From positions 19,778,001 through 19,842,000 of the forward strand of contig NC_043007.1 of the NCBI RefSeq assembly GCF_006345805.1: a stretch of 64,000 bases of DNA. The letters run 5' to 3'. The DNA comes from Octopus sinensis. Taxonomy: Eukaryota. This document shows positions 53,833-64,000 of the stretch, in pieces. How positions within the stretch are numbered: the stretch's first letter is position 1; each line of letters opens with the position of its first letter. A program made the position numbers and the translations under genes. The notes beneath the pieces were generated by a model. The model ran no database searches and had not been told where the DNA came from. It was given only the letters and a program-made list of their open reading frames with translations.

Positions 53833-54501
53833 CTATTATTATTATTTTTATTATCATTATAAAACGAATTCACTATGAACAAATTTCACCATTTTCAATT
53901 GAAACGTTGCAAATAACAAGACCGTTTTTAATGGTCAGTCGATTGGTTTCAGCAAACGGTACTCGGTGATGAGAAAATTGAGTGGTTTACAACGAATTTC
54001 AAAGTTTTTTTTAGAGATATCATCATTTAAACGATGCCTATTATGGTTATTGGTACAAGCTGTTGCAGCAGCAGCAGCTGATGTTGTTGCTGTCGTTGTT
54101 GTTGTTGTTATGATGGCTATTAGTTTTTAGTTTTAAAGTATTGGACCATCGTGTACGGAATATTTCCTCTCTACCAGCGTTATATCCTCACCTGCTCTAC
54201 CTACTCGGGGAAAACAGTTCCTCCTCCTCCTCCTCCTCCTACTACTACTACTACTACTACTGCTGCTGCTACTACTACTACTACTACTACTACTACTATC
54301 ACCACCACCACCACCACAACCACTACTACTACTACTACTACTGCTGCTCTACTACTACTACCACCACCACCACCACCACTACTACTACTACTACTACAAC
54401 TACTACTACTGCTCTACTACTACTACCACCACCACAACCACCAACACCACCACTACTACTACTACTACTACCACCACCACCACTGCCACTACTGCTGCTG
54501 C

Positions 54502-54537
<36 letters not shown>

Positions 54538-54556
54538 CACCACCACCACCACTACC

Positions 54557-54601
<45 letters not shown>

Positions 54602-55226
54602 GCCACTACTGCTGCTGCAGCTGTCTACAATCTCAATCTAGATTTGAATGAAACAAATTCCGTGCCATTGTCTCCAGCAGAAAACACACACACATATGCT
54701 AAGTTTCCGAAACCACTCGATAATTAATCTGTAAAATATTATCACAGTGATGAAGGTTTCCATCAACCACATAAATTAAAATAGTAATTTGTCCGGATCT
54801 ACGATTGTAATTACGTTATTAGTTTTAGAGTGCTTGTCATTTGGTAAAAGAAAACAAAAACCGAAAACAAAAAAAAAATAGAAAAGGAAAAGAAAGAAAT
54901 TAACCTACTTCCAGAGAGAGACGTCGGTTTAAAGCGAAAACTTAACTTGAACGTATTGGTTGGCGAGAAGAAAAAGATTCTAACCACGATTTATACATTG
55001 TATATATGTGCGTTTGTACGTAAGTATGTATATGCATGTTTGAGTATGTATGTATGCATGCATGTATGTATGTATGTATGTATGTATGTATGTATGTATG
55101 TAGGTATGTATGTATGTATGTATATATATATATACACGCATATATTTGCACATCCATTGATCCATACATACGTGTGTGTCAGTGTGTATGTATGTATATA
55201 TATGTATGTGTATGTGTGTGTGTGAG

Positions 55227-55257
<31 letters not shown>

Positions 55258-56253
55258 TTGTGTGTGCGTGTATATATATATATATATGTATATATGCGTG
55301 TGTGTGTGGATTTTCATATATGTGTATATATATGTGTGTGTGTGTGTGTATGTATATATAAATGTATTTCTATACAATATACACATATATGCTAATATAA
55401 ATGTGCATGCATGTATGCATGTGTATATACATATACACCCGTTTGTATACATGCGTGTGCAGAAAAAGTTCAAAACAATCAAACTCGTACATTTTTTTTT
55501 ATTATTCCGAAGTACTTAAACATATTTTTAAAGCAAAAAAAAAACCAAAAAGAAAAACCAACAATTAAATACGAAAAAAAAAAACAACAGAACCAACAAA
55601 CTACAAGACAATACAATAAACACTTTAATTGTTCCAATCACCAACCAATTCCAGAGTCTTACTAAAAGAGATGTAATTGTTTTAATGAAATACTAATACC
55701 TGTAATTTGCCTTGGAACAATTCTGTAAATGGATGTTGCTTTGTGAAATTTTCGTTTTTCTTAATGGATATAAGCATGATTTAATAGATGTATGCTGTTG
55801 GTAGAGCTTAGTGCCGAGTAGTTGCGGCTACGTTATGTTAGGCGTATTACGTCCGTGATAATTGAAGCGCTAGAGAAGAATTGGGTAGTTTTACATAAAG
55901 CTTTCTAGCCATAGCGCTGACGTCTTTTTATAAAGAAACCGCGATGTCCTTTCAGATGTACTTGTTTGCTCGTTTGTTTGTTTCGGTCATTTGAATGCGG
56001 CCATGCTGGAGCACCGCCTTTTAATCGAACAGATCGACTCCCCCTCCACCAAGGACTTAGTCTTTGTAAGCTTAGTATTTATTCTATCGGAGTCTTTTGC
56101 CGAACCACTGCTTTACGGGGGCGCGAATACATCAACCAGCGGTTGTCAAGCAATGGAGGGAGACAAACACAGACACACAAACATATACATGTACATACAT
56201 ACATACATAAATGCAAACATACATTCATGCATACATACATATATACATACATG

Positions 56254-56312
<59 letters not shown>

Positions 56313-56568
56313 GTACGTATGTATATATACGACGGGCTTCTTTCAGTTTTCTCTTATTTCTTTATTACCCACAAGGGTCTAAACAAGGACAGACAAAGGG
56401 ACTCAGTCGATTACATCGACCCCAGTGTGTAACTGGTACTTAATTTATCGACCCCGAAAGGATGAAAGGCAAAGTCGACCTCGGCTGAATTTGAACTCAG
56501 AACGTAACGGCAGACGAAATATCGCTAAGCATTTCGCCCGGCGTACGAACGATTCTGCCAGCTCGCCG

Positions 56569-57381
56569 CCTTGAACTCTGCTGTGCATGCGCACTAAGTT
56601 TAGACGTTCTAGCTCACTTCCGCTGTTTACAGTAGTGCTTGTAAGGAAAGTGTGTAGCGTGTGAGCGTCGCATTGACAAAGACAGAGAAAATTGAGCAGA
56701 GAATCTGCATCAAATTTTGCCAAAATCTTGGTGATACCTGCTCAGAGGCCTACGCAATGTTTTCAAAAAGTATTCATCGTTCTCGACACAATCAAGGAGA
56801 TCTTGTGAATGGAAACCCGAGTGTCCTTTTGGTCAGCTGAAAGCAGTTTTGGCACAAACTTGGCAGACACGTGTCTCGTAACCAAATCTTCGGTGATAAC
56901 GGACTGAACTGAACCATAACTAATCTGCTCATTCTCTGATAACTCACGGACGGTGATTCGACGATTACCGCTCACAGCTGCACGCACATCTACGATGTTT
57001 TTTCTCAGTTCTGCTAGTTGCGAGTCTCCCAGAACATTCGTCAATAGCGACATGTTTTCGACCATCTTGGAAACGTCTGAACCACTCGGACACTTGTGTG
57101 TGAATCACACACTCCTCTCCATACACTTTCTGCAACTTTGCGTAGGTCTATGAGCAGGTATCACCGTGACAACTTTCTCTGTTATAGTTAATGCCACGAT
57201 CCCACGCTACACACCTTCCTTCCAAGCACTGCTATAAACAGCGGAAGTGAGCTAGATCCTTATAATTTAGTGCGCATGCACACCAGTGTTCAAGGTCAAT
57301 CTTTGCCTAGTGGCTTTACTCTGCGTGCCTTAGCTTCGTTACTATGACAACAGTCTGGATACTTATTCATCAGACCTCGTA
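56569..57381. mobile_element. Fold-back mariner derivative (two 5' portions in inverted orientation)
   Basis: Minus arm starts TA-CGAGGTCTGATGAATAAGTATCC at 57381 (mariner-type end) and encodes ...QVSEWFRRFQDGR... and RRITVRELSE...VSAKFVPKLLSADQK. Plus arm 56569-56760 repeats the same 5' region and encodes EKIEQRICIKFCQNLGDTCSEAYAM. Confidence 0.85.
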
Positions 57382-57453
57382 TCTTATTCTTGCCCTTGAC
57401 TGACCAATACCCTGTGAGTGACCTTGGTAAGTGGGAACTGTGTGGAAACCGGT

Positions 57454-57516
<63 letters not shown>

Positions 57517-58739
57517 GTGTGTGCATTTGAAATTGTACCCCATTATCACATGACAACCGGTGTTGGTTAGTTTTTATCCCAGTAGCGTAGCGGTTCGCCA
57601 AAAAGTGTCCGATAGAATAGGTGCGAGACTTCGAGAATAAGTACTGTGTTCGATCTGTTCGAATAAACTCTTCAAGGCAGTGCCCCAGCCTGGGCGCCGT
57701 CCAATGACTGGAACAAGTAAATGTTAAAAGCTAAGTACAGGTAGTATGGTGGGAGTTGTTGGTGATTCACGGTTATGGTGATATGGTGTGGGCTGTAGTG
57801 TATGAATCGGTGTGGTGGTCATGGTGGCGGAGTTTGAAGCAGCATTATGACGGTAGCCATTTTGCATTGGTTGCAGAATTTAGTGGTGTCCTACAACGTG
57901 GCGGTATTATTGTAGTTGATGTGGTGAAGATGGGAATGAGAATGATGACGATGATGACAACGACGACGATGATGATAATGATGCTGATGATGATGTCGGT
58001 GATGGTGATGGCGATGATGATATTGATGATGATGATAATGATGATGATGATGATGATGTCGGTGATGGCGATGATGATATTGATGATGATGATGATAATG
58101 ATGATCACGTTGATGATGATGATGATGATGATATCGGTGATGGTGATGGCGATGATGATATTGATGATGATGATGATGATGATGATGATAATGATGATCA
58201 CGATGATGATGATGATGATCACGTTGATGATGATGATGAGGATGATGATGACGATGGTTGTGGTGGTGGTGATGAAGATGATGATGAAGACAATGATGAT
58301 GATGCTGGTGGTTATAATGATAGTGATGGAGGTAATGAGGAGGAGGGGGAGGATGAGGAGAAAAGGAGGGGAAAGAGGAAAAGGACGACGGAAACGATGA
58401 GGACGACGAGAAGAACGATGGAGAGGAGGTGGACGATGATGATGATGATGAAGATGCGAAATATGGAAGGAACGGCATCGTTAACAATGACGGTAATAAG
58501 AATAGGAGAGGTGCAAGATGGCGGAGAAGACGGAGGAGAAGAAGGAGGAGAGAGGAATGTGAGAGACTGTCGAGAACGATAATCATCATAATGTTCGTAG
58601 CAGTTGGTGTGCGTGTGGGGGTGGGGTAGGGTGGGGTGGGGTGGGGAGGATGAAGGATGAAAAATTGACGTCCATTAATTATAGTCATAACTTGATTGGA
58701 TTTCATGAACGACTTCATGCACATGCGCACATTTGTATG

Positions 58740-58790
58740 TGAGTGTGTTTGATGTGTGTAGGTATATACATCTATATACCTACTATATAT

Positions 58791-58873
<83 letters not shown>

Positions 58874-58953
58874 ATATGTATATCTATCTATCTCTCCTCT
58901 CTCTCTCTATATATATATATATACACACACATGTATATACTTGTGTGTGTGCG

Positions 58954-58986
<33 letters not shown>

Positions 58987-59013
58987 TTGTGTGTGTGTGT
59001 GTGTGTGTGTCTG

Positions 59014-59061
<48 letters not shown>

Positions 59062-59622
59062 CGCGATAAACGCGCTGACAGATGATCAACGACATATATA
59101 TCTTTGCAAATAAACATACCTGACAGGAACCATAGCTATAATTAAATATAGTTTATTTACCTTTTATCTAAATGCTTACATAATTACATACATACACATA
59201 TATGCATATATGCATTCGTACATACATACATACATGCATACATACATACATACATACATATATACATACATACACACATACATACATTCATACATACAAA
59301 CATACATGCATACATACATACATACATACATACATACATACATACATACATACATACATACATACATACATTGATACATATATACATACATACATACATT
59401 CATACATACATACATATATACATACATTCATACATACATACATTCATACATACATACATACGTACATACATACATACATACATACATACATACATACATA
59501 CATACATACATACATACATTGATACATATATACATACATACATACATTCATACATACATACATATATACATACATTCATACATACATACATTCATACATA
59601 CATACATACGTACATACATACA

Positions 59623-59656
<34 letters not shown>

Positions 59657-59720
59657 CATACATACATACACACATACATACATGCATACATACATACATA
59701 TACATATACATACATACACA
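58740..59720. repeat. (TA)n / (TACA)n microsatellite block
   Basis: Representative of many such blocks: 121-560, 9820-10255, 13090-13560, 20390-20590, 21330-21700, 26590-27187, 42870-43290, 44000-44300, 44810-45100, 46990-47190, 55000-55450, 63500-64000. Confidence 0.95.
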
Positions 59721-61300
59721 GCTCTCGTTACTGACCTGTGATAAAGACACCGCACATCAGCACCCATCGCATTTTGTTTAGACATAGTCATTCGGGACTT
59801 CATAATCGAACACGTCCTAACGGTTGTTTTAGCCAGTAAGGAGTGATTTGTGGTCATGTTACCACATGGACATGTCCTCATTGATTGATTGGTTTTGTTT
59901 ATCCCCGGATCAATTCGAAAGCCTAAACATATGAAAGGTGTTTTATTTAGTTGTGATCCTCACTTTTTGAGGTAAACTAGGGCTGCATTATCCAATGTTT
60001 CCCTTCCCGTGGGAGTATGATTTAAGGGAGATTTGACTATTGTTTCTAGTAGAAACACGAACATTCCATAATATAAGGTATTATTTTGTTTCGCGTGTGT
60101 TTTATTTCATAACATTTGGTGTAATAATAAGGAGAATTGGCTGCTATTTCTGTCAGGTCGAGCGACCATGTTGAGACTCCTGGATTTATTTATTCTTGAG
60201 GAAGGTTTCTTTTAAGAAAGACAATGTATATTGTATTTGAAATAACATGATTCGTAGAAATGTAATACTTTGATGGTTTTTTAGGGTAACTAATGAAAGA
60301 AAATATTACATCTTAAATTTGACATTGTGGACATTAAAAAAAAGTAACCCATGTTGACAGCTGAGAAACTGCCAATCTCATGTTTCATAACCACGCCCTA
60401 GAAGCTTATTGAGGGATTTATCCCTCAACACCTAAGAAAATATTCTTCTCGGTTGAATATTTTATCAGTATTAATATTTTATCTTACAATAAAACATGAA
60501 TATTTTAATGCAAGATATCAGTATTAAAACAAAATATATTTTCTGTAATTTAAATGATACCTCGTTTTGTTTGCCTTTTGTTTTCCATCTGGCCGGTCAG
60601 TTTATTCTTTAATTCGGAACAATGGTAATTGACTAATGTTTAATTCAAATCTATGATAAGTTAAAAGCATTTTTTGGTTGCTTTTGTTGTCTCTTCATAA
60701 CCTGTGGAGGTTCGTTTCGATATCTGTTCAACTTCTCAGTATAGCTCATGGTACCTGAGATCTGGTTATTCGAATTGCACGTTTCCGACCATCAGAATGA
60801 AGGTAAGAGGAACTTAGAATTACATACATACACCCAGCCATAAACACACATACATATATATGTACGTTTATGAATATATATATATATATATATGTAAATG
60901 TAAAAAAAAATACAAACTGGGACAAGAACGTGAAACATTTAGAAGACGATACAAAAATCTTCAGTCAAGAACCGGATCATCTTCGCAATTTCGGCTGATT
61001 AATCTTGAGATTGCTCCGATCTGGCCAGCCCCAAAGGAAAATCTAAGCCAAGCGCATTAGATAAAGATAAAGATAAATTAAATATAGAGGTATTCTATTG
61101 ACAAACCAATAATATATTTATATTACAATATTACATTAAGTAGTATGAATATAATATATAACATAACATAATATTATATAACATAAATAATTATAAAAAC
61201 TAAGAAAGGCCAACAAATTGTTTCGACTTTATATTTTTTCTGATATACACAATCTGAGTTCCATTATATATAAGGTCACTTCAGGGCCTTTGATTTAGAA

Positions 61301-61967
61301 AAAGAAGGAATTCCGTGTCAGCTGGCTGTTCGACACCCCGGCTTCGAAGGATTTCTTTTCCTCAGTTTGTTACTTTATATATATATATATATATATATAG
61401 ATATATATATATTTGAAGTATTAATTTATAAAAATATGGTAAAGTAAAAAAATTCACTTTACCACACACCGAACTTTTCAGAAATAGCAGCCAAAAATTT
61501 GGCTATTTCTTCAACTGCAAATAAAAGTCTCCAGACAATGCATACTCAGAAAATAACTTACATAGGTATAAGGGAAAAACAATGAAAGATCACATCCATA
61601 TACGATACCCGAGGACAGTCTGTTTCTGGATTTGTGGGTAAAACGCCACTTTTCCTTCATCAGCTCAGAGATTTCTTCTGATTTAGATTTGAAAATACTA
61701 AGAATCAAACATACCCGTCCGATATCTGTAACATCGGACAACCATGCCAGACACCCAGTACTAGCGAATCCAAAAATACGAATGAGATCTATTATTCTCC
61801 CTGTCCACCCACGTGAGTCATAGAGCATTACATTTCTACAGAGGTAAAAACTGCAGTTCAAATTCTTGGAGATAAAGCATTATATTGTCATCAGAAAAGG
61901 GGGTAGAATTAATTAATTGATAATAAATTCGACCAAGCAGTATTCGGTATGTAAAGACCATTTACGG

Positions 61968-61999
<32 letters not shown>

Positions 62000-62088
62000 T
62001 ATATATATATATATAAAGTAACAAACTGAGGAAAAGAAATCCTTCAAAGCGGGGTGTTGAACAGCCAATGACACGGAATTCCTTCTTT
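61301..62088. repeat. Inverted repeat pair (~80-bp arms, ~630-bp spacer)
   Basis: aaagaaggaattccgtgtca...cctcagtttgttactttatat (61301-61380) is mirrored at 62011-62088; TA tracts lie on the inner side of both arms. Confidence 0.85.
61687..61812 (+). CDS. Candidate 126-nt symmetric exon, unknown product
   Basis: Acceptor tttcttctgatttag, donor CAC|gtgagt. Two frames are open; one gives FENTKNQTYPSDICNIGQPCQTPSTSESKNTNEIYYSPCPP. An overlapping minus-strand candidate (61715-61835, NVMLYDSRGWTG...) also has plausible splice sites, so strand and frame are unresolved. Confidence 0.3.
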
Positions 62089-62265
62089 TATATATATATA
62101 TATAGGCAAGGAAAATTATAAAAAGGCAGAATGCTAAATTGAAAGAAAATTTTAATGAAAATGGGTGTATGGAAAATTTTGAAAAATTGATAGAATATAT
62201 ATATTGATAAAATATATATATTGATAAAATATATATATCCAACACAACCCCACCATTTATTGATT

Positions 62266-62311
<46 letters not shown>

Positions 62312-62469
62312 AAGTTAGAGTGTTTTAAAACCTCTAAGGTAAGCAGAAACGATCATAAACGTACTATTACTACCACTTTTCTTTATTAATTAATTAAATT
62401 AAAAGGTTACTAGCCAAAACGACCAACTTCTTACTATTATTTTCCCTCCATTTACTTCTTGCATGCTGG

Positions 62470-62700
62470 AGTTGAACTAGGGACAGCTGATGAAGGGGAT
62501 TTTTCCTTGTGTAGTTTGTCTTGTACTCTGTTTTTTCGTTGTTAAAAAAGGTCCGTTTCCATGTTTGTTTTTACGTTTTCGTTTCTCGTTGAGTTCTACG
62601 TCTATTTGTAGTGTCCTGTACTCACGTATATATATTTATATATGCATGTATATATACATGTAGATGTAGGTACGTACATATATGTATGTATGTATGTATG
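62470..62700 (+). repeat. Interspersed repeat (ttgtcttgtactc...gttttcgtttctc...gtcc family)
   Basis: Homologous to 1-135(+) and 24500-24705(-); each copy runs into a TA/TATG microsatellite. Class not determined. Confidence 0.7.
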
Positions 62701-63144
62701 CATATATTTTATTTATTACACTATTGTATGACTGAGCGCCCTCGCGTCGTTTCGTTTCGTTTCCTCCAAGTAAGTTTTTATATATATATATATATGTATA
62801 TATTGATTAGAGGTTACGTTAACCTCATGAAGGGATGGTTTAATTCAAGGAAATACTGGTTCAATACCCAGTGTTTTGGAGCAATGAATTTCCTTAAAAT
62901 AATAGGTATATATATATAAAACATATAGTTTATATCCATTTAAAAGAAGAAAAAGAAAATAGAGATTAGGAATTTAATAATTACTTCTTATTAATAACAC
63001 ATTGGGCATCTTCGCTTCTGACATCTGTTTCAATTAATACGCAATAATTTAATTACAAATTTGCACATTAAATTTGCATTTATGTGATATGAGTTTAATT
63101 TCATTAGAATAAAAAAGATGTACCTTTGGATGTTATATGCGGGG

Positions 63145-63187
63145 TTATCAATTCATTTTAGCAGACACTGCTAAAATGAATTGATAA
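63145..63187. repeat. Perfect hairpin, 20-bp stem and 3-nt loop
   Basis: ttatcaattcattttagcag-aca-ctgctaaaatgaattgataa. Confidence 0.95.
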
Positions 63188-63548
63188 GGCCACATATGAC
63201 ATATCGAGCCATTGGTTCAAACATGGCTTCCCCGGGTTCTATGGCGTATATATGACCTCCACTGCACGGAACGCTGTTCTGCCACAAGATTACACATAGT
63301 TGTCGAGTGCGTGGACTTGAATAAAGTGAAATGAAGTGTTTTGTTCAAGAACACAGCGCATCACCTGGTTGCTTCAAGAATCGAAACCACAATGTGAGAC
63401 GATCCCACACACAAACCACACACACACACACACACACACACAACACACACACACACACACACTCACATACGCATATACCCACATGTATATGGGATTAGTT
63501 GTGAGATGTGAGGGTGAGTGGGTATGCATGCATATATATATGTATATG

Positions 63549-63584
<36 letters not shown>

Positions 63585-64000
63585 AATATATGTATGATGT
63601 ATGTATGGATGTCTGTATGTATTGATGTGTATGTATCTATAATATTATATATATATATATTAGATTGATAGATAGATAGAATACATACATACATATATGT
63701 ATATGCATATGTAAATATATGCATTTAAATATATATTTATACGCATATACATACATATAGACATAGAGAGAGAGGGGGAAGAGAGAGAGGCATACACACA
63801 TACACTTATACACATGCGTCTGCTTACATGTGTGTATGTGTATGTGCATATATATATATACATACATGCACATACATACATACATACATATATATATATA
63901 CATACATACATACATACATACATACATACATACATAGACACATACATACATACATACATACATACATACATACATACATACATACATACATACATACATA

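Noticed and set aside
62485-62520. CTGATGAAGGGG...CCTT as a hammerhead (also 24660-24690 minus, 39232-39300, 50590-50625, 38570-38615)
   Set aside because: Core heptamer present but GAAA, stem I or stem II is missing or mispaired; not supportable as ribozyme motifs.

Overview
AT-rich, microsatellite-dense eukaryotic DNA; the repeat repertoire and simple-repeat load point to a coleoid cephalopod, most likely Octopus (inference from recognition, no search run). The only gene I can firmly identify is an NPC2-like (ML-domain, sterol-binding) gene on the minus strand. Its two internal exons (3186-3293 and 781-956) have canonical splice sites and match the exon-size/phase pattern I recall for human NPC2 exons 2-3. 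I could not find its first or last exons. The rest is intronic or intergenic: several tRNA-derived SINE families in many copies, decayed non-LTR retrotransposons (RTE, R4/Dong-like, HERO-like), mariner/Tc1 fragments, Helitron-like non-autonomous elements, a 100-N gap, and a few low-confidence orphan exon candidates. Almost all ORFs in the supplied track are translations of microsatellites. The most notable unexplained signals are: (i) recurrent minimal hammerhead-ribozyme-like motifs with a shared extra A after the CUGANGA core, carried by short repeats, several arranged as inverted pairs; (ii) a SINE whose 3' end GGTA(T) matches both its insertion sites and its own interior, producing tandem 184-bp arrays; (iii) perfect palindromes and fold-back elements, one pair of which brackets a candidate exon. 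All coordinates were counted by hand; repeat boundaries are approximate.
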